From positions 186,001 through 250,000 of the forward strand of contig JAXLNO010006177.1 of assembly GCA_038087875.1 (NCBI GenBank): 64,000 bases of DNA. Direction: 5' to 3'. Positions 21,725-32,684 of the stretch are shown one piece after another. How positions within the stretch are numbered: position 1 is the first letter of the stretch; the number at the start of each line of letters is the position of its first letter. This DNA comes from Malacoraja senta. Lineage: Eukaryota. Both the position numbers and the translations under genes were made by a program. The notes under the pieces are model-generated. The model ran no database searches. It had not been told where the DNA came from and saw only the letters and a list, made by a program, of their open reading frames with translations.

Positions 21725-22035
21725 TGCTTGAGTAACTCAACAGGACAGGCAGCATCTCTGGAGAGAAGGAATGGGTGACGTTTCTGGTCTAGATGTTTCT
21801 TCAGACAGATATCGGGAGTGGAAGGTACATAGATAAGGAAGTGTGTAGACAAGGAAATCTATAAGTTTATAGATAAGGATATCTCCCACTCCCCTGACAT
21901 CAGTCTGAAGAAGGATGTCGACAGGAAACGTCACCCATTCCTTCGCTTCAGCGATGATGCCTGTCCCGCTGAGTTTCTCCAGCATTTTGTTTCCATCTTT
22001 GGTGTAAAGCAGCATCTGCAGTTCCTTCCTACACA
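21725..22035. mobile_element. Non-coding Penelope-derived element with two inverted terminal repeats
   Basis: 21726-21804 is the reverse complement of about 21905-21990; each arm has a decayed hammerhead core. Confidence 0.6.
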
Positions 22036-22166
22036 AGCCATTTGGGCAGGCCGGTGGGGGTGAGTAGGAGGGGTTGGGGGAGACGTGTAAAATCACAAAG
22101 GATATTGAGTGTGGAGAAGTCGTGTCAGGATGACAAGGTCACTGTGTTCACTATGCAGGTTTAAAA

Positions 22167-22455
22167 GGGTGGCACGGTGGCGCAGTGTAGAGTTGCTGCC
22201 TTACAGCACTTGCGGCATCAGAGACCAGAGTTCGATCCCGACTACAGGTGCTGTATTTACAGAGTTTGTATGTTCTCCTCGAGGGTTTTCTCCGAGATCT
22301 TCCGTTTCCTCCCAAGCTCCAAAGACATACAGTCTTGTTCGTTAATTGGCTTTGTGTAAATGTAAAATTGTCCCTAGTGTGTTTAGGGTAGAGTTAATGT
22401 GCAGGGATTGCTGGTCGGTGGGTCGAAGGCTTATTTCCGCGCTGTACCTAAACTC
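22167..22455 (+). mobile_element. tRNA-derived SINE (HE1/V-SINE-like)
   Basis: A-box ggcacggtggcgcagtg, B-box gttcgatccc, then the conserved gagtttg...gttctc...tttcctccca core. Confidence 0.75.
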
Positions 22456-23254
22456 TACAGTGATTGGAAACAACCAGCGCTGCCTCTGGGTTTCTTGGTT
22501 TTTGGTCACATTTGCTCTGAAACAGAGAAGGAAGCAGATCCGGTGAACTTCTCAAAGAAACTGGAGAAATGATGGAAATGGAATGGGTTTGCAGGTCAGT
22601 GGGGGAAGAGCGAGGGGCAGGGGGATGGTGATTGTTCAAGCATTTGTAACTATCTTCCGTTCAGGCAGCGGGCGCAGGCAGCCATGTGTTAGACACTTGA
22701 TACAGCTAGTTATAACTAGTCCCAAAGACGTGCGGATTTGTAGCTTTATTGGCCTCTGTAAATTGTCCCTAGTGTGGAAGGGAGTGGATGTGAAAATGAG
22801 GTGGTTATGGGGAGAAGGTGGGAGAATGGAGATGATGGGGAAAGATAGATCAGCCATGATTGAATGGTGTAGTAAATGGTGGGCTGAATGCCAATTCTGC
22901 TCCTTGAACATGAACTTATGTACATAGAACTAGTATGAAAGGGAGATTGATGGTCAGCATGGACTCGATGGGCCAAGGCGCCTGGATCCTTTCTGTACCT
23001 CAGGTTTAGCTTTATTATTATTACATGTGGGGCTGGTGTACAGTGAAAAGCTTTGTTTTGTAAGCTATCCAATCAAATCAGATAAAAAATATTCATCAAT
23101 ACAATCGCCAAATCAAGTTCAATAGGTAGAGCAAAGGGGAAGATACAGAGTGCAGAATATAGTTCTCAGCATTGTAGTGAAATAAACTGAGCTAAACTGA
23201 GGTGCAGTGCACTTGGAAGCTTTGCCAGTTGTCACGTGGCCTGTGGCTTGTGTT

Positions 23255-23590
23255 GTCTGAGATCTTAAGGGGTTGGACAGGCTAGATGCAGGAAGATTGT
23301 TCCTGATGTTGGGGAAGTCCAGAACAAGGGGGAAATCTTTTAGGACCGAGATGAGAAAAACATTTTTCACAAAGAGAGTGGTGAATCTCTGGAATTCTCT
23401 GCCACAGAAGGTAGTTGAGGCCAGTTCATTGGCTATATTTAAGAGGGAGTTAGTTGTGGCTAAAGGGATCAGGGGGTATGGAGAGAAGGCAGGTACGGGA
23501 TACTGAGTTGGATGATCAGCCATGATCATATTGAATGGCGGTGCAGTCTCGAAGGGCCGAATGGCCTACTCCTGCACCTATTTTCTATGT
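23255..23590 (+). mobile_element. CR1 3' end
   Basis: LDRLDAGRLFLMLGKSRTRG...[10 protein letters not shown] followed by the CR1 tail. Confidence 0.85.
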
Positions 23591-24219
23591 TATCTGTTGT
23601 TTGGGCACAGCCTCGCATGTTGAGTGGACGCAGTGTTGGCCCTGCAGGTGGTATTGGCTGTCGCCAGCCTGTTGAAAAATAAAAACACGCAGATGCTGGA
23701 AGTCCGAAATGAAAACGGGAGACGCGTTGTAGGCTTTGCAGGTCTGACTCCATTAATGTGTCAGGTCACCGACCCTCCATTGAAAGAGTCACAATACAGA
23801 GAAACAGGCCCTTCAGTTGGGCCATCTGCAAATTTGTTCATGTTACTTTGAATCCTTTCATCCAAATCATTGATATATATTATAAATAGCTGGGGTCCCA
23901 GCATCGAGCCTTGCGGTACCCCACTAGTCACTGCCTGCCATTCTGAAAGGGACCCGTTAATCCCTACTCTTTGTTTCCTGTCTATCAATCAATTCTCTAT
24001 CCATGTCAGCACTCTACCCCCAATACCATGTGCAGGGAGGGTGTGTAGGATGACAGCAATGTGTTCCCCACCCCCTCCCTCTCTGGGCCAGCGGGCAGGG
24101 TGCCAGTGCCCAGTGCAGGGCTGCTCCTCACACTGTCTTTTTCTTTGCTCACAGTTAGTGCGGAAGACTGGCAGTGCCGTGCTGGGGCTGAGGCTCGGGG
24201 TGGTGGTGCTACGGTGAGG

Positions 24220-24341
24220 ATGTCCTGCCGCAGTCCCCGTCTGGCCACCAACGGCTACTACCAGCACAACGACGATGCCTCCAGCAGGAGCGGCGGCTCC
24301 ACCAAATCCGGCGCTCCCTCTTACAAGGAGACTCCCGTCAG
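24220..24341 (+). CDS. SUN2: SUN1/SUN2-like gene, first coding exon (exon starts at 24155)
   Basis: MSCRSPRLATNGYYQHNDDASSRSGGSTKSGAPSYKETPVR resembles the SUN2 N-terminus MSRRS.RL...(Y/F)K(E/D).P(V/L)R; acceptor ttgctcacag, donor gtacgt, phase 2. Confidence 0.65.
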
Positions 24342-25093
24342 GTACGTCTCTCTAACTCTCTCGTCTCCTTCCCCCCCCTCCCTCTCGTTCTTTCCTCTCT
24401 AAGCTATGCTCCTGTCTAACAGTAAAGATGCAGCCTCCACCCTTATACCTCACTCAGGGAGCTGTGTATCACAACCCCACCCTCTCCTCCCCCAGCCCCG
24501 CCTCCCAACTCCCAATCCCTCCCCTCCCTCCCTCCCATTCCCCCCTCCCCCCAACCCCAACTGAACCTTTCCCTACAGGAAAAAGTTCTAGACAAAAACT
24601 CAAGGAAAGTTCCAACAGCCTCTTCTTTCCTGCTTGGAATCTCAGGTGGAGGATGATCGGATGTAGCGTATATCTTCCATAGGCCAAGGGTAGGGTTGCC
24701 GTGACAATAAGTTGTTGATGAAGCCATTCGGTTGATGGGCTCATGAGGTATGTTGGAGGGAATGTGAACAGGGACTGCCTGACCCGCTGAGTTACTCCAG
24801 CACTTTGTGAATATTTTTATAAACCAGCATCTGCAGTTCCTTGAGGAGGGAGAGAGAGAGAGAGAATGTCATGATGTTCCTTCCCTGCGTGAAACAATCT
24901 TCTTCCCCCCCCCTTTCCCAGCTCTGACAAGCGACTCTCTCCATCCCTCCCCCACCCAAGTCGCACCAGCTTCTCATTCTCACTTAGCAAAAAGCTAACA
25001 ATGGCCAGTTTCCTTTATCATCGTTACTTTTTTGCTTCTCTTTCGCAGTCCTGGTCTGCCTCCATCCTAAATCGTTGCCCTTTATCGTTTCAG

Positions 25094-25272
25094 GTTGCAC
25101 AAGAAAAGGTCAAACAGCAAGTGGCCGGGACCTGTGCCTCGTGTCAAACGTTCGCCGTCCAACAGTTCAGTCAACAGTCTGAGTAGCTACATCAGCAACG
25201 TCAGCAACGCCTCCAAGCGCTCTCATCGCTCTCTGCACCTCGGCAGCAGCAGCGGTTGGCAGGAGCCCGTCG
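25094..25272 (+). CDS. SUN2: SUN-like coding exon 2
   Basis: Acceptor tttcag, donor gtacgt; phase 2 to phase 1, open: LHKKRSNSKW...GWQEPV. Confidence 0.6.
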
Positions 25273-25835
25273 GTACGTGTCCGGGGAGGGCAGCGCGGGG
25301 GGTGGAAGTAGGGCACCGGCGCATTTCTTTAGTCAGAGGGTGGTGAATCAGTGGAATTCATTGCCACTGAAGGCTGTGGAGGCCAAGTCAGTGAATATTT
25401 TTAAGGCAGAGATAGACAGATTCTTCATTAGTACAACGGTTACGGGGAGACGCAGGAGAAATGGGTCAGGTGGAGAGATAGTTCTGCCATGATGGAATGT
25501 CAGAGTAGACTTGATGGGCCGAATGGCCTAATTCTCCTATCACTTATGACCTTTTGACGTCAGAAGCCTTAACCCTTCCCTCCAACACACTGGTTCAGGG
25601 CTTCTCCTTGGTTTAAAGTATCGCAATCACTGGTGCACGTCGGAGACTCGTGCTGCAGTTTCTCAGATTTAGTTGGAAACGAGCCCTTTGGCCCAACGAA
25701 TCGGCGCTGACCAGCGATCATCACACAGCTGCTGTGAGACTTTGCCTATCCCGCTGGGAGGCGGGCGGGCGGACAGGAGAGGGGCGCACTGCCGCTCTGC
25801 TGTGGGGCATGGGTGTGGTAACACACACGGTTCAG

Positions 25836-25916
25836 TTACTGTGGGGAGCTCTGGGTCGGGGTCTGATGCCCCCTGGTGGTGGGAGGTGACCGACACCGAG
25901 CTGCAGTTACTGAGAG
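25836..25916 (+). CDS. Candidate symmetric 81-nt SUN-like exon
   Basis: ttcag|...|gtgagg, phase 1-1, open: TVGSSGSGSDAPWWWEVTDTELQLLR; weak pyrimidine tract. Confidence 0.4.
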
Positions 25917-26824
25917 GTGAGGGATTATACCTTCCTTTATAGGAAGGAACTGCAGATGCTGGTTTACACTAAAGATAGACACAAAATGCTGGGGTAACTC
26001 AGCGGGACAGGCAGCATGAGGTCATAAGTGATAGGAGCAGAATTAGTCCATGTGTCCCATCAAGTCTATTCCGCCATTCAATCATGGCTGATCTATCTTT
26101 CCCTCCTAACCCCATTCTCCTGCCTTCTCCCCGTAACCCCTGACACCCGTACTAATCAAGAATCTATCTATCTTGCATTAAAAATATCCACTGATTAGCC
26201 TCCACACGCTTCTGTGGCAAAGATTCACCACCCTCTGACTAAAGACATTCCTCCTTATCTCCTTCCAAAAGGAGCGTTGTTTAATTTTGATGCTATGAAC
26301 TCTAGTCCTCAACTCTCCCACAAGTGGAAACATCCTCTCCACATCCACTCTATCCAAACCTTTCACTTTTCGGTAAGTTTCAATGAGGACCCCCTTCATT
26401 CTTCTAAACTCCAGCGAGTACAGGCCCAGTGCCGTCAAACGCCTTTCTGGAGAAAAAGAATGGGTGACGTTTCGATCGAGACCCTTCTTCAGACTTAGTC
26501 AGGGGAGAGGGCGATCTGGAAGGGTAAGGTGCGAAAACGAGAGATCAAAGGGGACAAAGATGAAGAAAAATGTAGAATAGATCATTGTTAGCTAGGGGAA
26601 GGTGACAACAAAGCAAACAAAGATAAAAATGTAATCAGGAGGACAGTTAAACTGGCCGGAGAACTAGGATGGTGGAGGGATGGAGAGAGAGGGAAAACAA
26701 GGGTTACTTTAATTTAGAGAGGTCAACGTCATATCGTTGGGTTGTAAGGTGTCCAAGCGAAATATGAGGTGCTGTAATATTTTCCTGTGATGACTTGTCT
26801 CGGTAACCTGTATCTCGCATCCAG

Positions 26825-26974
26825 CAGCCTCAGGGCCGTCCAGCTTTGAGGACAGCTACGAAGAGAAATTAAACAGAGCATACGACAGGATGGGGATACT
26901 GACAGCGCCTTCCTCTTCTTCCAACATCTACTTGTCGTCCACATCTGGCTACTCCTCCCAGGATGAGCTGCATG
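26825..26974 (+). CDS. SUN2: SUN-like coding exon containing the SGYSS motif
   Basis: catccag|...|gtaagt, 150 nt, phase 1-1; ends STSGYSSQDELHG, compared with SSSGYSSEDDYVG in SUN2. Confidence 0.6.
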
Positions 26975-27164
26975 GTAAGTGGAATGTTCATCATCTCACC
27001 CACCACGTCCCTCATCCTGAACAGCTAACGGGCGGCACGTTGCACTATCGGCAGAGAGGACACACTGGCTGGGGCTGGAACAGAGGCTTTAGGGATTTCA
27101 TATTGAAGTTGGGCAGTGGGGCGGCTGAGCGGGCACTTACTGCGGTGGGTGAGAGGTGTTATAG

Positions 27165-27490
27165 GGTGGGGACAGGGTGGGTGGGAGATGTTACTAGGGT
27201 GGGGACAGGGTGGGTGAGAGGTGTTACTAGGGTGGGGACAGGGTGGGTGGGAGATGTTACTAGGGTGGGGACAGGGTGGGTGAGAGATGTTACTAGGGTG
27301 GGGACAGGGTGGGTGGGAGATGTTACTAGAGTGGGGACAGGGTGGGTGGGAGATGTTACTAGGGTGGGGACAGGGTGGGTGGGAGATGTTACTAGGGTGG
27401 GGACAGGGTGGGTGAGAGGTGTTACTAGGGTGGGGACAGGGTGGGTGAGAGGTTACTAGGGTGGGGAGAGGGTGGGTGGGAGATGTTACT
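27165..27490. repeat. 33-bp G-rich minisatellite, about 10 copies
   Basis: Unit gggtggggacagggtgggtgggagatgttacta; flanked by further G-rich sequence to about 28030. Confidence 0.95.
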
Positions 27491-28579
27491 ATGGTTGGGC
27501 AGATAGATGGGGGTAGGTACTAGGGCATGTACAAGGTGGGTTGGTGAGTGGAGGATGTAACCAGGGTGGGGACAAGGTGGGTGGGTGGTAGATGTTGGGC
27601 GTGGGCACTGGGTGAATTGGGGATGTTGCTAAGGTGTGGACGGGGGGGTGAGTGGAGGATGTGGGAGGGGGGGGTGTGAGAGGGGGGTGTGTGAGTAGAG
27701 GATGTTGGGTGTGGGGGGGTGAGTGGATGATGTTGGGGGGGGTGAGTGGAGGATGTTGGGGGGGGTGAGTGGAGGATGTTGGGGGGTGGGGGTGAACACC
27801 CCGTAGCTGGAGCAGGGTGAGGTTGAGTGGGCTATTGCAAGGCGCGGGTGTCGGGACATGGGGTGGGTACATGTGCTGTTACTGGGAAGGGGTGGTGAGG
27901 GACATGTAAGCGGGCTGACGATTGGGAGGGTAAATGGAGCGGGTGGGGTGTGAGGGTCCGTTACTGGGGCAGGTGAGGGGCTGTTAGTGAGGTGGGCTGT
28001 GGTGGGTGAGTGGGCTGTGGACTGACACTGGGCAGGAGCTGAACGTGTTGTACAGGATTGTAGATTTCCCAGATGCTGGGTTACATCAGGGGGACTGAGC
28101 TGTTATTTGGGGCAGCTAATCACCATTCATTCACACACACATATGTACACACAAAAAAACAAACACAAAAAATAGGCTGCTGCCATTTGACGCCACAACC
28201 TCCCTCTGCATAGCGCCTGTTCACCAAGTTGCGGAAAGTGATGCAGCTTCCGTTAAAGAGCATCGTTCCATTGCAATCTTCAGGTTGTATCTGCAGCAAC
28301 ACCCTGTGTATCCATCCACTTAAAATCATTAATGAATCCACTTCCTGCAGCGTTTTGGAGAGAATATTCTGGATCCTGTCAGTATTGAATCTGTGACCTC
28401 TGTTTATTGATCCCTCAATAGCTAAACCTCTCTCGTGTAAAACCCTGCGACAAACTTCAACGTTTGATAGGTCATCTCTTTTACCTTCTCTGTTCCGAGA
28501 GGACTCCTAACTTTTCCAAATTACTCTTTACTGTAATTCTAGACACTGTCTAAATCAATTCTTAGGCTTGAAGTCTGAA

Positions 28580-31500
28580 GAGTGAGAGTAGGAATGGAGC
28601 GTGGTGGAGGATAAATGCGTGGCTGAGGAACTGGTGCAGCGGGCAGGGATTCAAATTTCTGGATCATTGGGACCTCTTTTGGGGAAGGTGTGACCTGTAC
28701 AGAAAGGACGGGTTGCACTTGAACCCGAGGGGGACCAATATCCTGCCGGGGAGATTTGCAAAGGCTACCGGGGAGACTTTAAACTAGAACGGTTGGGGGG
28801 AGGGACTCAAATAGAGAAAGCTAGTGGAAAATGTGGGAGGCAGGAGGCAGAGAAGGGAAGCAGTCGGACCCAAAATGTAGGGGAGAAAGTAGAAAAAGAT
28901 AATAAACAGAGAATAAGTGGTGGTGGGTTTCTTAAATGTGTATATTTTAATGCTAGGAGCATTGTAAGAAAGGTGGATGAGCTTAGAGCCTGGATTGACA
29001 CCTGGAAGTATGATGTTGTGGCAATCAGTGAAACATGGTTGCAGGAGGGCTGTGATTGGCAAATAAATATTCCAGGATTTCGGTGCTTCATGGGTGATAG
29101 AATTGGAGGGGCAAGAGGTGGGGTGTTGCATTGCTTGTCAAGGAAGATATTACAGCAGTGCTTTGGCAGGATAGATTAGAGGGCTCGTCTAGGGAGGCTA
29201 TTTGGGTGGAACTGAGAAATGGGAAAGGTGTAGCAACACTTATAGGGGTGTATTATAGACCGCCAAATGGGGAGCAAGAATTGGAAGAGCAAATATGTAA
29301 GGAGATAGCAGATATTAGTAGTAAGCACAAGGTAGTGATTGTGGGAGATTTCAATTTTCCACACATAGACTGGGAAACACATTCTGTAAAAGGGCTGGAT
29401 GGTTTGGAGTTTGTAAAATGTGTGCAAGATAGTTTTTTGCAGCAATACATAGAGGTACCTACTAGAGAAGGAGCAGTGCTGGACCTCCTGTTAGGAAATG
29501 AGACAGGGCAGGTGGCGGAGGTATGCGTCGGGGAGCACTTCGGGTCCAGTGATCACAATACCATTAGTTTCAATATAATTATGGAGAGGCTCAGAACTGG
29601 ACCTAGGGTTGAGATTTTTGTTTGGAGAAAGGCTAACTTTGAGGAGATGCGAAAGGATTTAAAAGGAGTGAATTGGGACATGTTGTTTTATGGGAAGGAT
29701 GTAGAAGAAAAATGGAGGACATTTAAGGGTGAAATTTTAAGTACAGAATCTTTATGTCCCTGTTCGGTTGAAAGGAAATAGTAAAAAATGGAAAGAGCCA
29801 TGGTTTTCAAGGGAAATTGGACACTTGGTTCGGAAAAAGAGAGAGATCTACAATAATTATAGGCAGCATGGAGTAAATGAGGTGCTTGAGGAGTATAAAG
29901 AATGTAAAAAGAATATTAAGAAATAAATTAGAAAAGCTAAAAGAAGATATGAGGTTGCTTTGGCAAGTAAGGTGAAAGTAAATCCAAAGGGTTTCTACAG
30001 CTATATTAATAGCAAAAGGATAACAAGGAATAAAATTGGTCCATTAGAGAGTCAGTGGACAGCTATCTGCAGAGCCAAAAGAGATGTGGGAGATATTGAA
30101 CAATTTCTTTTCTTCGGTATTCACGAAGGAGAAGGATATGGAATTATGTGAGGTAAGGGAAACAAGCAGATTAGCAATGGAAACTGTGAGATTCAAAGAA
30201 GAGGAGGTGCTGACACTTTTGAAAAATATGAAAACGGATAAGTCTGAAAAATATGAAAACAGGTCCTGATAGGATATTCCCTAGGACATTGAGGGAAGTT
30301 AGTGTAGAAATAGCAGGGGCTATGTCAGAAATATTTCAAATGTCATTAGAAACGGGAATAGTGCCGGAGGATTGGCGTACTGCGCATGTTGTTCCGTTGT
30401 TTAAAAAGGGTTCGAAGAGTAAACCTAGCAATTATAGACCTGTTAGCTTGACGTCAGTGGTGGGCAAATTAATGGAAAGGATACTTAAAGATAATATATA
30501 TAAGCATCTGGATAAGCAGGGTCTGATTAGGAACAGTCAACGTGGATTTGTGCCTGGAAGGTCATGCTTGACTAATCTTGTTGAATTCTTCGAAGAGGTT
30601 ACTAGGGAAATTGATGAGGGTAAAGCAGTGGATGTTGTCTATATGGACTTCAGTAAGGCCTTTGACAAGGTTCCTCATGGAAGGTTGGTTAAGAAGATTC
30701 AATTGTTGGGTATTAATGGTGGAGTAGCAAGATGGATTCAACAGTGACTGAATGGGAGATGCCAGAGAGTAATGGTGGATGGCTGTTTGTCAGGTTGGAG
30801 GCCGGTGACTAGTGGGGTGCCTCAGGGGTCTGTGTTGGGTCCACTGTTGTTTGTCATGTACATCAATGATCTGGATGATGGTGTGGAAAATTGGATTAGT
30901 AAGTATGCAGATGATACTAAGATAGGTGGTGTTGTGGATAATGAAGTAGATTTTCAAAGTCTACAGAGAGATTTAGGCCATTTGGAAGAGTGGGCTGAAA
31001 GATGGCAGATGGAGTTTAATGCTGACAAATGTGAGGTGCTACATCTCGGCAGGACAAATCAAAATAGGACGTACACGGTAAATGGTAGTGAATTGAGGAA
31101 TGCAGTTGAACAGAGGGATCTAGGAATAACTGTGCATAGTTCCCTGAAGGTGGAATCTCATGTAGATAGGGTGGTAAAGAAAGCTTTTGGTGTGCTGGCC
31201 TTTATAAATCAGAGCATTGAATATAGAAGATGGGATGTAATGTTAAAATTGTACAAGGCATTGGTGAGGCCAATTCTGGAGTATGGAGTACAATTTTGGT
31301 CGCCTAATTATAGGAAGGATGTCAACAAAATAGAGAGAGTACAGAGGAGATTTACTAGAATGTTGCTTGGGTTTCAGCAACTAAGTTACAGAGAAAGGTT
31401 GAACAAGTTAGGTCTTTATTCTTTGGAGCGCAGAAGGTTAAGAGGGGACTTGATAGAGGTCTTTAAACTTATGAGCGGGTTAGACAGAGTGGACGTGGAT

Positions 31501-31860
31501 AAGCTTTTCCCATTGAGAGTAGGGAAGATTCAAACAAGGGGACATGACTTGAGAATTAAGGGACAGAAGTTTAGGGGGAACATTAGGGGGAACTTCTTTA
31601 CTCAGAGAGTGGTAGCTGTGTGGAATGAGCTTCCAGTGGAAGTGGTGGAGGCAGGTTCGATGTTATACTTTAAAAATAGATTGGATGTGTATATAGACGG
31701 GAAAGGAATGGAGGGTTATGGTCTGAGTGCAGGTAGATGGGACTAGGGGGAAGTATTTATTTTTAATTTCAAAAAAAATAAAAAAAAATGTTCGGCACGG
31801 ACTTGAAGGGCCGAGATGGCCTATTTCCGTGCTGTTATGGTTATATGGTTATATGGTTAT
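28580..31860 (+). mobile_element. CR1 LINE of a second subfamily (end of ORF1 plus ORF2, frameshifted)
   Basis: DHWDLFW...DGLHLN; YFNARSI...SETWL; GDFN; DFSKAFDKVPH; KYADDTK; (tatggt)n tail. Confidence 0.93.
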
Positions 31861-32684
31861 AAGAAGGGTCCCGACCCAAAACGTCACCCATCCTTTTTCA
31901 GACAGAGATGCTGCCTGACCCGCTGAGTTACTCCAGAACTTTGTGTCTATCTTAGGTTTTTGACATCCTTCCTTTAGTTTAGTTTAGAGATACAGCATGG
32001 AAACAGGCCCTTTGGCCCACCAAGTCGGCATCGATCAGCGATCCCTGCACACTAACAGTTGAGCCGTGGGCGGATCAGTTGCATGGTGCTTTTGTGAACA
32101 GCAGCACAAACATTGGGCCACGTGGCCCTTTGAACATTGTAAACCTTGAGAGAGAAGTTTGCGTTGTTGACAACTTGCTGTTCTTCCCACCCCCCAGGTT
32201 TGGCGTACTCTGAATCGGTCTCTCCCCTTGCCAAGCTGTGGGGCTGGATCTCGCTGCTGTCTCCAGGTACCTGCATTACTAATCTTCCCTCTTCTGTGGT
32301 CCATGGCCCCAAAACTCTGCTCCAGTCAAACAGTGCCCTGCTGATGCTGGACCCATTGGTGAGGGATAGCCCGCTGCTCCCTCCTTAAACTCCCAGGGAT
32401 TGCACAAGGCCTGGTCCCCAGTGCTCTGTTGTTCGTGCAGCCTAGGCCCACAGTCAGTGCGGGAGGAAGCCGCCTTCCAGCTTGGTACTCCAGTGTGTTC
32501 CCTGAGCCTGACTGGGTCACTCACTGAGATGAGTGGTGAGTTCCCCAGAGGACCATAGAGTCAAGAGACGACTGACTGTCAATGCTCGGTTACTCGATCC
32601 CGACTGAAGTCATGTTGTAACACCTAAGGGAGGCCTGGTTTGTGTTCTAGGGTCACTGGGGTGATGAAAGAATAGGATCTCCTT

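Noticed and set aside
22167-22240. tRNA genes
   Set aside because: The A/B boxes run into SINE core sequence with no complete cloverleaf; these are SINE heads.
26890-27459. 189-aa ORF with VTRVGTGWVGD repeats
   Set aside because: It is the SUN-like exon read through a strong gtaagt donor into a 33-bp minisatellite.
28176-28400. Further SUN-like exons
   Set aside because: Candidate acceptors give in-frame stops or peptides with no SUN resemblance, and weak donors.
32035-32640. Overlapping 64-89 aa ORFs of possible gene or TE origin
   Set aside because: No recognisable motif or consistent frame; left unassigned.
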